From NCBI GenBank assembly GCA_977020255.1, contig CDROCS010000253.1, positions 3,782,001 through 3,846,000 on the forward strand: a DNA stretch of 64,000 nt. Direction: 5' to 3'. This document shows positions 41,065-50,889 of the stretch, one piece after another. The stretch's first letter is position 1, and each line of letters starts with the position of its first letter. Source of the stretch: Obrimoposthia wandeli (lineage: Eukaryota). Under the pieces are notes generated by a model. That model saw only the letters and a list, made by a program, of their open reading frames with translations. It ran no database searches and had not been told where the DNA came from. The position numbers and the translations under genes were made by a program.

Positions 41065-42765
41065 ATGAAATACCATTCAATTCTTACCCCTGCATTAACC
41101 TCATTATGCTTATTAACAAGTTGTAATGCTCTGGCTACTGACCGTACTAATGTTAAGGAAGAACGTTGGTTTGAGATTGAAGTTATTCTCTTTAAACATA
41201 TTTCAAATAATTCAGACAATAGCGAACAATTTTCCTCTAATGATTTACGTGTTAAAAAACAAGAAGCACTTGATTTATTAGCACCTTATTTACAACCTGA
41301 TATAGCCTCATTAAAACAGTTGTTACCAAATTGTGAACAACAAGAACTAAAATTACCTTATAACATTACACCAAGTATTTTATGGGCTGATAGTGTCGAT
41401 AGTGAAAGTAACGGAACTGACAGTAGTGATACTGAAACAACAACTCTTCTATCAGAAAATGAACATGGTCAAAATGATACTTCAGCTCAACTGAATAATG
41501 ATAAAGAAGCCCTTTCATCAGGTAATATGTCAGTGACTGTTTTATCCGATGATAAAACAGAGATCGCGAAAGAAAAAATAGAACAAGACTTTGAGCAACA
41601 AAGTAAGCAGGCAGGATACGCCACGATTGAGTTACCTGTTTATAGCCAATACCCAATTAATAGCCAAATGCCATTATGTGTTATCCCCAGTGAATTTTTC
41701 CAGCAGCACTTAAATTCAGAACAGCTCGAACACTTTAGTGTCGATGGTTTTCCCGTAGAAAAACTAAAAAACACGGTCAATGGCCTTGAACAGTGGCAAG
41801 ACGATGAAAGCGGTGAAATCACTTGGGCGAGTAAAACGCCCTACTTAATTAGTCAGGATTCACTACGTTTAAAATCTATTGCTAATCGTATCAAACGAGC
41901 ACGTAATTATGCGCCGTTGTTGCATCTAGGTTGGCGGCAAATAGGTGAAAGTGAAAGAAAAGCAAAAGCAATAAATTTATATGCTGGTGAACACCTAGAT
42001 TTACGTTATCAACAAACAATGGCTAATCAAAAATCTGCTCAGCAGGCACTTGAGATACAAGCTATTTTAGAACAAAGAAAAAAAACTGAAGAATTGATAC
42101 GCAGTCAAATAAGTTTAATTGGCAATGAAACCGCATCAAATTTTACTGAAGAAAGTTCTGAAACGTTTAGCGAATTATCGATTGCAGAAGAGTTACGCCA
42201 ACAAGCAAAAAAGCAACAACTTAATAAACTCTTTCAACAGTTCTCATTATTAGAGAATCAAGAAAGTAGCTCTACCAGCACAAGCATAGATAGCACTGTT
42301 GAGTCAGTAAAAAACAAAGAAACTATGCTAAACGAAGAAAAAACGCAACGTATTATTGCGCAGCTGTCATCTGATATTACAGTAAAAGAACTCTCATTAA
42401 GTGCAAATAACTCAATAGAAAACAACTCAATAGAAAACCAACAGGCTGCCACAGCACCACTACAGCCTTGGTCAATAGATGGACTTTTCAGGGTACACTT
42501 GGATCATTATCTTTATATCGACACCGAGTTGAATATTATTGACTCATCGAATGCCTCATCAGCATTAACTACTAAACAAAAATTATCACAAAAACAGAAT
42601 AAAAAATCAGGTCTAAATAAAGTTATCTCCTTTAAACAAGATCGACGAGTGATCTCCGGAGAAATTCATTATTTTGACCACCCGAACATAGGCATGATAG
42701 TGCAAATTAGACGTTTTGATCCGACAAAACCTGCTGATGAAGCGGTTAGTCAATCAAAAAAATAA
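41065..42765 (+). CDS. csiV: CsiV-family peptidoglycan-binding protein, unusually long
   Basis: RWFEIEVILFK, PLLHLGWRQ, IDGLFRVHLDHYLYID, RRVISGEIHYFDHP motifs separated by long acidic or low-complexity inserts. Confidence 0.75.
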   Translation: MKYHSILTPALTSLCLLTSCNALATDRTNVKEERWFEIEVILFKHISNNSDNSEQFSSNDLRVKKQEALDLLAPYLQPDIASLKQLLPNCEQQELKLPYNITPSILWADSVDSESNGTDSSDTETTTLLSENEHGQNDTSAQLNNDKEALSSGNMSVTVLSDDKTEIAKEKIEQDFEQQSKQAGYATIELPVYSQYPINSQMPLCVIPSEFFQQHLNSEQLEHFSVDGFPVEKLKNTVNGLEQWQDDESGEITWASKTPYLISQDSLRLKSIANRIKRARNYAPLLHLGWRQIGESERKAKAINLYAGEHLDLRYQQTMANQKSAQQALEIQAILEQRKKTEELIRSQISLIGNETASNFTEESSETFSELSIAEELRQQAKKQQLNKLFQQFSLLENQESSSTSTSIDSTVESVKNKETMLNEEKTQRIIAQLSSDITVKELSLSANNSIENNSIENQQAATAPLQPWSIDGLFRVHLDHYLYIDTELNIIDSSNASSALTTKQKLSQKQNKKSGLNKVISFKQDRRVISGEIHYFDHPNIGMIVQIRRFDPTKPADEAVSQSKK

Positions 42766-42845
42766 AGTATCAATATCAAGAATGAGTTCGAGCATTAGAA
42801 TCAAGCTAATATTATTAACAAACAATCACAGTAAAGGTAAGTCAA

Positions 42846-43133
42846 ATGGATAAAGAAATAGAAATTCAAGCGGCAGTATTTCGTCGTTTACTTGCACACT
42901 TAGACTCACGTAAAGACGTACAAAATATTGAGTTAATGAATTTAGCTGGTTTTTGTCGCAATTGCTTTAGTAAATGGACAGTAAATGAAGCGGAAAAATT
43001 AGGTGTAGACGTTGATATTGATACTGCCCGTGAGCAAGTTTACGGTATGCCTTACAGCGAATGGAAAGAAAAACATCAATTGCCAGCAACTGATGAGCAA
43101 ATGGCTCAATTTAACGAGCTAAATAAAAAATAG
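42846..43133 (+). CDS. DUF1244 family protein
   Basis: EIQAAVFRRLLAHL, VQNIELMNLAGFCRNC, VYGMPYSEWK. Confidence 0.85.
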   Translation: MDKEIEIQAAVFRRLLAHLDSRKDVQNIELMNLAGFCRNCFSKWTVNEAEKLGVDVDIDTAREQVYGMPYSEWKEKHQLPATDEQMAQFNELNKK

Positions 43134-43341
43134 ACGTTTAGTTTCGCATGAAATCAGTAACTTTATGTGTCTCAGCTCAGACTAGAGCTAACTATTAGAA
43201 ACATCAGGTTTTCACTATATCTGACAGGCAGCTTTAAGCCTTTAAATATCAGGAATAAATATCAGGCCACCCATAATAACTTGGTTATATTCACCTCTAT
43301 AAACTAGACTTAATCTATCTTTGTTAAGTCTGGTAATTATT

Positions 43342-44322
43342 ATGCCTAAGCCTCGTTCACAACAAATCAGTTTACTTGATACGCAGTATTATCATATTTG
43401 TAGCCGCACAGTACGAAAGGCTTTTTTGTGTGGCATAGACAAAGAAACAGGGGTGAGTTACGAGCATAGGCGCACATGGATTGAAAAACGTATTTTGAAA
43501 TTAGCACAAGTCTTTGCTATCGATATTTGCGCGCATGCTGTAATGCATAATCACTTACACCTCGTTTTACATGTTGATGTAGCGCAAGTAAAAAACTGGT
43601 CTACGGACGAGGTACTTCAGCGTTGGCATCAGTTATTCAAGGGCACACTCTTGACTAAAAAACATCAAAATAAACAAACCCTTGATACGTTTGAAATGGC
43701 GATGGTTGCAAGATCCGCTGACATTTATAAGCAACGCTTAATGAATATTAGCTGGTTTATGCGGGCACTGAACGAGCCAATAGCTCGACAAGCTAACCGA
43801 GAAGATAATTGCACTGGACATTTTTGGGAGGGGCGTTTTAAATCACAAGCATTACTTGATGAAGGCGCTTTATTATCGTGTATGGCGTATGTTGATTTAA
43901 ATCCCGTTCGTGCGGGTATCGCACCTACACCAGAGCAGTCAAACTTCACCAGTATTCAATTACGCATCAAAGCAGCGATAAAAGGTGAACAGCCTCCTTC
44001 GTTATTACCCTTTATAGGGAATGAGCAGCAAGAAAAGCCAACCGGTATTTGCTTTAGCTTACAAGACTACTTAACACTGGTTGATGAAACAGGCCGTCTA
44101 CTTCGTGACGATAAACGTGGTGCTATTAACTTTAAAACAGCGAGTATCTTAGCAAGACTACACATCAGTCATGAAAGTTGGCTAAAACTGACCCGCAGCT
44201 TTGAATCTATCTTCACTGGGGCGGTAGGTACTGCCGAACACTTAGGTGAATTTAGTGCGCATGTTGGCTTGCAACGCACACACGGTATCGCCAATGCGAA
44301 AATCTGTTTAAATAGCGCATAA
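43342..44322 (+). mobile_element. HUH/Y1 (IS200/IS605-superfamily, RAYT-like) transposase gene
   Basis: YYHICSR, HAVMHNHLHL (HUH), FWEGRFKS, CMAYVDLNP (catalytic Tyr). ATG at 43342. Flanked by GCCACCCAT (43266-43274) and ATGGGTGGC (44529-44537). Confidence 0.85.
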
Positions 44323-44568
44323 CCCTCTATATTCATCCGCTGAAAACTGAATGTTATCTGAGGATGGCAGGCTTAGCTGAATTTAAAATAAGCTAAAAAT
44401 CAAAAAACCGTCAAAGAAGTATGATAAACGGCTAGCTAGAGCCCCTTTATTTTAGAATAGGTATTTTATTTAACCAGAAAGACAATAAATTACGTAGCAT
44501 TATTACTTGTAGTTACCATGGGGTTACCATGGGTGGCAAAGTTATACAGCAAAGTTATAATAATAATT

Positions 44569-44685
44569 TTTGATCTGGCAAATCAATGTCGCTTTAGTGA
44601 CTGTGGGCATACGTCAGAGCCTAATTGCGCGGTGCAAAAAGTAATTAGTAATGGAACACTGTCACCAAGGCGTTTGGCAAAATGA
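44569..44685 (+). pseudogene. relic of an RsgA-type GTPase C-terminal zinc finger
   Basis: Manual translation [38 protein letters not shown] has the C-x4-C-x-H-x5-C pattern. No start codon and no GTPase domain upstream. Confidence 0.75.
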
Positions 44686-44829
44686 TAAACCGTGTACAAA
44701 GTGAAGCAAAGCACCTTAAACGAGGCCACTAACGTAGTCATTCATTAAGCTGGAAATAAAAAGAATGGTTGGGTATTAATGATAGGCAGTTACACAGATT
44801 TTGTTACAGGGTCATGCGATGCTGTAATA

Positions 44830-44876
44830 TATACTCTTCGTTACTTCAAGATGCAGGACTCAGCGTCTTGGAGTAT
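44830..44876. repeat. minimal ERIC-like element
   Basis: TATACTCTTCGTTACTTCAAGATGCAGGACTCAGC...GAGTAT; the left end resembles that of 19859 and the termini ATACTC/GAGTAT are inverted. Confidence 0.55.
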
Positions 44877-44897
44877 CATAGCTATAAAACCCAAAGA

Positions 44898-45629
44898 CTA
44901 TGAAAATTGCGCGATTTCATCTTCAGTTAAGTCACGCCATTCTCCTGGGGCTAAATCACCCAAGGTTATGTCTCCTATCTGTTCTCTGTGTAAGCCCACT
45001 ACCCTATTACCTACTGCAGCAAACATGCGTTTAACTTGATGATATTTACCTTCGGTAATCGTCAGTAGTACTTCACTTCGATAAGCGGATTCATCAACCA
45101 AATCAGCTTGTTCTACCCGCGTTAATATTGCTGGTCGAGTGAGCGAGTCTTCGCCTTGAAGCTGAAGTCCACTATCAAACCTAGCGACTAAAGCAGATAA
45201 TTTATCATCATCAATTTCGCTACGTAGCCATACGCGGTAAGTTTTCTGACATTGTTTTTTTGGTGAAATCACATTATGCGACCAACGTCCATCATCAGTG
45301 ACTAAAACTAAGCCAGTGGTATCAGCATCTAATCGGCCCGCAATGTGTAAATCAAAGGCTTTATCGACTTCAATAGAATGTAATACAGAAGGATAAACTT
45401 CATCAACATTCGAGCAAATAGTGTCTACTGTTTTATATAAAATATAATAACGTGAGCCACGTGCGTTAAGTTGCTGGCCGTCAATGGTGATAGTATTGTT
45501 TTCATGTACTTGCATAGCCGCATTTTTAGCGACCTCACCATTAACACGTACCTCACCACTTTTAAGCACTTTTTTAGCTTCAGTTCGGGTCAGTTCGGTA
45601 CTTTTACAAATGAATTTATCTAGGCGCAT
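44898..45629 (-). CDS. rsuA: 16S rRNA pseudouridine(516) synthase family
   Basis: S4 domain MRLDKFI, AGRLDADTTGL (catalytic Asp), EGKYHQVKRMF. Confidence 0.9.
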   Translation of the reverse strand: MRLDKFICKSTELTRTEAKKVLKSGEVRVNGEVAKNAAMQVHENNTITIDGQQLNARGSRYYILYKTVDTICSNVDEVYPSVLHSIEVDKAFDLHIAGRLDADTTGLVLVTDDGRWSHNVISPKKQCQKTYRVWLRSEIDDDKLSALVARFDSGLQLQGEDSLTRPAILTRVEQADLVDESAYRSEVLLTITEGKYHQVKRMFAAVGNRVVGLHREQIGDITLGDLAPGEWRDLTEDEIAQFS

Positions 45630-45746
45630 AATTTAATCGGAAATGAATATATGAAGATAGGTCGCCATTATCCTTATTCACAATTAACAAGCAATGCTTA
45701 ATATAAATAAATTTTCACGTGCGTAACCTAGTCTCTGTGTAATAAA

Positions 45747-45784
45747 AAACGGCACTTACTAAATTAATAGAGTAAGTGCCGTTT
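45747..45784 (-). terminator. intrinsic terminator after roxA
   Basis: 14-bp stem AAACGGCACTTACT/AGTAAGTGCCGTTT with an adjacent A-run. Confidence 0.75.
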
Positions 45785-45824
45785 ATTTGAATCCAGTGAG
45801 CTTAATTAACTAGTGCTAAGTGAG

Positions 45825-46976
45825 CTACTCTACTTCAGCTAAATACCAGTAACCTTGGTTAAGTAATTCAGCCACTAATTCAACAAAAGCAGCGTTACGG
45901 CTCCATTCACTAAGATCATCAGGTAATAATATGACTTTATCGCAAAGTAGTTTCACGCCATTAGCTATATCAGCAGAAAAAGCCAATTCACTGCCATTAA
46001 TATAACAAACGCCTTTTTCTATCGTATCTTCAAAATAGAAAGCACGTAAACCACCTAAGCGTTTAATCGCATGACTATTAAGTAAGTTACTCACTTCAGT
46101 AAGCTCAAATGGCTCATCTGGTACTAATATATCGAGATCATGTTTCGCCGACGTTAAAAACTGACCTGTGAATTTTTTAAAGCTTGTATCATCATCCAAT
46201 AAATTCTGAACTTGCGACTTAATGCTCGCATAATCGTTGTTACTTACTTCGCCACTATGACTAACTACCTGTCTATCCGGATCAGTTAATAACTGGCTGC
46301 CTTTCTCATTATCAATTAAATGATCAGCAAAAGCGCTGAGTACACTTACTGCTGAATTACCACGAAAACCGACAGAAAAGCTCATTGACGTATCAAGGGA
46401 TATGCCTTCATGAGGGAATCCAGGCGGAATATACAAAATATCTCCTGCCTCGAGTTTTACATCGATGATAGCTTCAAAGGCTTCGACATGTAATAGCGCT
46501 TCGTGAGCAGCAAATTCTACATGTTCCCCACTATTTCCAACTCGCCAGTGACGTTTACCTGAGCCTTGGCAAATGAAAGTATCATAGTTATCGATATGTG
46601 GACCAACACTGCCTCCTGGCATAGCAAAACTTGCCATTAAATCATCTAAGCGCCAGTGAGGGATAAAGCGAAATGCTTCAATAATTTCTGCCGCTTCTTC
46701 AGAGAAGTTATCAAGGGCTTGCACTACTAAAGACCAGTTTTTGGTGCCTAAGTGTTCATAGCTTTCAAATGGGCCAAAAGCAGCTTGCCATTTACCATCT
46801 TTTTTATGAACCAAACGAGACTCTATTTGTTCTTCCATCGCAAGACCTGCTAATTCGTCAGCAGCAATAGGGTCAATAAAGTCTTTAAACCCCTGACGAA
46901 TTACTACTGGTTTTTTTTGCCAGTATTCATCGAGGAATTCTTGCTGAGTCATTTGCTTCAAGTTTAAGGTATACAT
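45825..46976 (-). CDS. roxA: JmjC/cupin 2-oxoglutarate oxygenase, ribosomal protein uL16 hydroxylase-like (YcfD)
   Basis: WQKKPVVIR, RFIPHWRLDDLM, GPHIDNYD (HxD), PPGFPHEG, SVGFR. Confidence 0.85.
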   Translation of the reverse strand: MYTLNLKQMTQQEFLDEYWQKKPVVIRQGFKDFIDPIAADELAGLAMEEQIESRLVHKKDGKWQAAFGPFESYEHLGTKNWSLVVQALDNFSEEAAEIIEAFRFIPHWRLDDLMASFAMPGGSVGPHIDNYDTFICQGSGKRHWRVGNSGEHVEFAAHEALLHVEAFEAIIDVKLEAGDILYIPPGFPHEGISLDTSMSFSVGFRGNSAVSVLSAFADHLIDNEKGSQLLTDPDRQVVSHSGEVSNNDYASIKSQVQNLLDDDTSFKKFTGQFLTSAKHDLDILVPDEPFELTEVSNLLNSHAIKRLGGLRAFYFEDTIEKGVCYINGSELAFSADIANGVKLLCDKVILLPDDLSEWSRNAAFVELVAELLNQGYWYLAEVE

Positions 46977-47014
46977 AGTGCTCTCTTTAATTTATTTCAA
47001 TTGGTATACTGACA

Positions 47015-47896
47015 TTAAGCCACGGACATGCCGGCAATTTTATGCCAAAAGCCATTACATTCAGAGATTCCATCGAGTGGCTTTGTCGTTGGGTGAACGA
47101 GTTGCTCTCTAAAGTTATCAAGTTGAGTAAAAGCTGCGGTGCTATCAGCACTAATTCGGGCAATATCAACCCCCATTGATTCAAGGGCTGGCATTTCATT
47201 GATGAGATTATACTGGTAACCCGACAAAGTTTGAATACCATTAAGCACAAAAACTCGTTCTCCTTCACGACTATTCATTCGGCGACCTTCTGGGTATTTA
47301 ATGCAACAATACTCACAATCATCTTTTGCCTTGTCTTCAGAACGCGCGGTAAAGCAACGAGCCGAGTAAGCTAAGGGTAAATACCCCCAAGAAAAGACTT
47401 CACACTCAAACTGATCTCTAATACCAGTATCAGTCGCTTGTTCTAATAATATTTTTAACCAATCGCCACTAAGCTCAACGGGCATTAACCAACGTGTCAT
47501 ACCTTGTTTTAACAAAACTTTGAGGGTTGATAAGTTATAGCAATTAATCGCAGGACCGGCGACAAAAGGCATTTTCAGCTCATGCATTATTTGCACTGCA
47601 CTTAAATCGTTAGCTTCTACCAAAAATTCGCCATTGTCACACAAGCGCTTTAACACTTGTATTTCAGCAGGAGATTCAAGTAAGGTCATGGTTGATATAA
47701 CCACTTGTTTATTGGTTTCTTTGGCAACGTCTTGTGCTAAACCAAGCCAATCTTTAGCGCGCAGTTCACGCCTTTTAGAGCAAACTGTTTCGCCCAAATA
47801 AATAATATCAGCACTCGATTCTTTTGCTTGGTGGTAGAAATCTACCACCTCGTTTTTCGGCCAAAAGAATAGACTCGGCCCTAAAGAAAATTTCAT
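47015..47896 (-). CDS. ubiV: U32-family anaerobic ubiquinone biosynthesis protein
   Basis: MKFSLGP, YLGETVCSKR, RWLMPVELS, LAYSARCFTA, INGIQT-like LNGIQTLS. Confidence 0.92.
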   Translation of the reverse strand: MKFSLGPSLFFWPKNEVVDFYHQAKESSADIIYLGETVCSKRRELRAKDWLGLAQDVAKETNKQVVISTMTLLESPAEIQVLKRLCDNGEFLVEANDLSAVQIMHELKMPFVAGPAINCYNLSTLKVLLKQGMTRWLMPVELSGDWLKILLEQATDTGIRDQFECEVFSWGYLPLAYSARCFTARSEDKAKDDCEYCCIKYPEGRRMNSREGERVFVLNGIQTLSGYQYNLINEMPALESMGVDIARISADSTAAFTQLDNFREQLVHPTTKPLDGISECNGFWHKIAGMSVA

Positions 47897-47918
47897 AGAT
47901 TTTTCCTAAATTTTATTG

Positions 47919-48914
47919 CTATTGCCACTTTCGGTGGTAAGCACCTAATGTAGTTTGTGAACCTTCCGATAAATTGGCTAAGGTATTCATCCAAGCCCCT
48001 TCAACGGCAAAATTTTCTGGGTTCTGCTGATATCTGTCTAACGCCATTCGCCACGTTTTAGCCACTTGTTCAACATAAGCAGGACTACGTTGTCTGCCTT
48101 CGATTTTTACCGATACTATGCCCATTGCAATTAAATCAGGAATAAGCTCTAACGTATTAAGACTGGTTGGCTCTTCTAGCGCATGATAAACATTATTATC
48201 GACTTCAAAACGGCCTTTACACAATGTCGGATAACCGGCGTTTTCATCCGCTTGGTAACGATCGATAAGCACACCATTTAAGCGAGATTCTAAACCTTTA
48301 TCTGTTTCTTGCCAGCGAACATATTTTGCTGGTGAGCAAGCGCCGACCGTATTAGGAGACTCGCCCGTCATATAAGATGATAGATAACAGCGTCCTTCGG
48401 CCATAATACATAAACTACCAAAAGCAAAAACTTCTAGCGGTACTGGGCTACTTTTAGCTAATTGTCTGACTTGCTGCACAGATAAAACTCGTGGCAGCAC
48501 AACGCGCTGAACATCAAAGTTATTTTTAAAGAATTTTATCGCTTCAAGGTTAGTTGTTGAGGCTTGTACTGAAACATGACGCTCAACATCCGGATATTTT
48601 GTTGCTGCGTAATCGAGTACACCTAAATCGGCAATAATTAATGCATCTGTACCAATAGCAACAGCGTTATCAACGGCTTTTTGCCAACGTTCTTCACCAC
48701 CAGCATGGGCAAAAGTATTAATGGCTACATGTAATTTTTTGCCACGTTGATGCACGTAATCTGCAGCTTTTGCTAATTTTCCATCATTAAAATTAAGACC
48801 GGCAAAATGACGCGCATTGGTGTCATCTTTTAAACCGATATAAACCGCATCGGCGCCATTATCTATCGCTGTTTTTAGCGCGGGTAAATTACCCGCAGGA
48901 CAAAGCAATTCCAC
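47919..48914 (-). CDS. ubiU: U32-family anaerobic ubiquinone biosynthesis protein
   Basis: ELLCPAGN, DDTNARHFAGLNF, FGSLCIMAEGRCYLSSY, CSP, LCKGRF, KIEGRQRS. GTG at 48914 is preferred. Confidence 0.93.
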   Translation of the reverse strand: MELLCPAGNLPALKTAIDNGADAVYIGLKDDTNARHFAGLNFNDGKLAKAADYVHQRGKKLHVAINTFAHAGGEERWQKAVDNAVAIGTDALIIADLGVLDYAATKYPDVERHVSVQASTTNLEAIKFFKNNFDVQRVVLPRVLSVQQVRQLAKSSPVPLEVFAFGSLCIMAEGRCYLSSYMTGESPNTVGACSPAKYVRWQETDKGLESRLNGVLIDRYQADENAGYPTLCKGRFEVDNNVYHALEEPTSLNTLELIPDLIAMGIVSVKIEGRQRSPAYVEQVAKTWRMALDRYQQNPENFAVEGAWMNTLANLSEGSQTTLGAYHRKWQ

Positions 48915-48976
48915 ATCAACTCTCAATATACAAACAAAAATTTTCAGCAGTGTATGTTGTTCATCATTGTTATTTA

Positions 48977-48990
48977 TTGATGTGTATTAA
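48977..48990. promoter_or_regulatory. putative FNR box between the divergent ubiU and ubiT
   Basis: TTGAT-GTGT-ATTAA, one mismatch to TTGAT-N4-ATCAA. FNR control of ubiTUV is known in E. coli. Confidence 0.65.
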
Positions 48991-49075
48991 AGAAAACTTG
49001 ATCTGTAATATTAATTTATTTTTAAGCATTGCTAAAATGCTTACTAGTTATTAAGCCGTATTAGAGTAAATAAAA

Positions 49076-49681
49076 GTGCTAAAAATGCTAAGAACCCCCA
49101 CATTATTACCCCTTACCCAATCGATAACGGCAAGTCTAGTTCCCTCCTTGTCACTCGTTGAAAAAAAATTACCATTGAAGTTCAAGGCAAACTTAATCAA
49201 GGTAATGCCAAAAATTTTACAACCTAGTTTACGCTTTGTGCCTTTTAGTGCGCAAAGATCTTTGCTTATTCCAGCATTACATTCTATTTTCAGTGAAGCA
49301 ATTACCGAGGGTGATTTTGAATTTTTACAAGGTAAATGGCTAAAGATTTCAATTATCGATTTACAACTGAATTGGTGGTTAAGCTTTGATCAAGACCGAT
49401 TAATCATGGCTTCGTCTAAAGATAACATTACTGAAGATGTCAGTTTTAGTGCTAACGGTGATGATCTGATACTTATAGCTGGTCGTAAACAAGACCCTGA
49501 TACTTTATTTTTTCAACGTCGCTTAAAAATTGAAGGCGATACTGAACTTGGACTAGAAGTGAAGAATTTAATTGATGCCATTGATATTGAGCAACTACCG
49601 AGTTCTATTCATGACTTAGTGGATTTTAGTGCCAGTTTTTTACAAAATACCCATGATGAATTGGCTTTAGCAAAAAGCTAA
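49076..49681 (+). CDS. ubiT: SCP2-domain ubiquinone biosynthesis accessory factor
   Basis: FLQGKWLKI, RKQDPDTLFFQRRLKIEGDTELGLEVKNL; divergent from ubiUV. Confidence 0.92.
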   Translation: MLKMLRTPTLLPLTQSITASLVPSLSLVEKKLPLKFKANLIKVMPKILQPSLRFVPFSAQRSLLIPALHSIFSEAITEGDFEFLQGKWLKISIIDLQLNWWLSFDQDRLIMASSKDNITEDVSFSANGDDLILIAGRKQDPDTLFFQRRLKIEGDTELGLEVKNLIDAIDIEQLPSSIHDLVDFSASFLQNTHDELALAKS

Positions 49682-49741
49682 AAAAGAACCTGTCGGGCAA
49701 AATTACTCAACAGGTTAGCTTTGAGAGTTAAAAGGGAAAAA

Positions 49742-50611
49742 TCAAGCTAAGCTAGCAGCATAGGCTCTTGCTTTAGCTAAATCTTCTGGTGTATCAACGC
49801 CTTCAACAGGTACATGACTATTTGCTACCGCAACGTGAATCTTCTCACCTTGATATAAAACTCTTAGCTGTTCAAGCGCTTCAACTTGCTCTAACTCACT
49901 TGTTGGCCAATTAACGTAATCTTTAATAAAACCAGCGCGGTAAGCATAAATGCCTACATGTCTTAAGTAAAAATCACCGATAACGCGAATGTTTTCTTCA
50001 GTATTAGCATTCGCATTTAAAAAGCGCTCTCTATCATAAGGGATAGTTGCTCTGGAAAAATATAAAGCATAACCATTTTTATCAAGTATCACTTTAACGG
50101 CATTAGGATTAAAAGCTTCATCAACAGAGCCAATATTAATAGCCAAGGTCGACATACGTGCTACATGACGATTTTGTTGCTGATTAGCTAAGTTATTTGC
50201 TACTTGTGCGATATTCTCCGGTGGAATAAAAGGTTCATCACCTTGCACATTAACGATGATTTCATCGTCACTGAATTGATATTTATCCATAACTTCTGCA
50301 AGGCGTTCAGTGCCCGATTGATGATCAGCGCGCGTTTTACAAACCTCGGCACCAAAGCTACTAACCACTGCAGCAACTTCATCATTGTCTGTAGCGACAA
50401 TCACTTGGCGAGCACCACTTAACAGTGCCTTTTCAACAACCCATTGGATCATGGGTTTACCATTAATGTCAGCTAATACCTTTCCAGGTAAGCGAGATGA
50501 TTGGTATCTCGCGGGTATAACAACAACAAAGCTGGTATTGCTGGTAAGCTTTTCGCTTACTGCTTTGCCTAATACTCGCTGCTCTACTTCTGAGTTGTCA
50601 CTAACAGACAT
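49742..50611 (-). CDS. kdsB: 3-deoxy-manno-octulosonate cytidylyltransferase
   Basis: [46 protein letters not shown]. Confidence 0.96.
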   Translation of the reverse strand: MSVSDNSEVEQRVLGKAVSEKLTSNTSFVVVIPARYQSSRLPGKVLADINGKPMIQWVVEKALLSGARQVIVATDNDEVAAVVSSFGAEVCKTRADHQSGTERLAEVMDKYQFSDDEIIVNVQGDEPFIPPENIAQVANNLANQQQNRHVARMSTLAINIGSVDEAFNPNAVKVILDKNGYALYFSRATIPYDRERFLNANANTEENIRVIGDFYLRHVGIYAYRAGFIKDYVNWPTSELEQVEALEQLRVLYQGEKIHVAVANSHVPVEGVDTPEDLAKARAYAASLA

Positions 50612-50613
50612 GA

Positions 50614-50811
50614 TTAACTATCCTGATCTGTTGGCTGGCTAGCGTTAATTTCACGCGCTTCATTTTCAAGTAATACCGGAATATCTTTTTCTATGCTGTA
50701 AGCTAAGCGATCAAAGTGGCAAATTAGCTCTTGCGCTGCTTTATCATAATCTAACTTACCTTTACATACTGGACAGGCAAGGATTTCCATTAATTTTGTA
50801 TCAAAAGCCAT
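50614..50811 (-). CDS. ycaR: Trm112-like protein (YcaR/UPF0434)
   Basis: [27 protein letters not shown]; conserved position between lpxK and kdsB. Confidence 0.9.
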   Translation of the reverse strand: MAFDTKLMEILACPVCKGKLDYDKAAQELICHFDRLAYSIEKDIPVLLENEAREINASQPTDQDS

Positions 50812-50889
50812 GTTAACTTCTCTCTGGTTAATTTTTTAATAGATGAGCAATACTTTTTATTGCTTAATGTATTACTACTTATATTTTTT

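Noticed and set aside
44779-45039. 86-aa + strand ORF overlapping the 3' end of rsuA
   Set aside because: Antisense to rsuA, spans a repeat relic, and has no recognisable motif.
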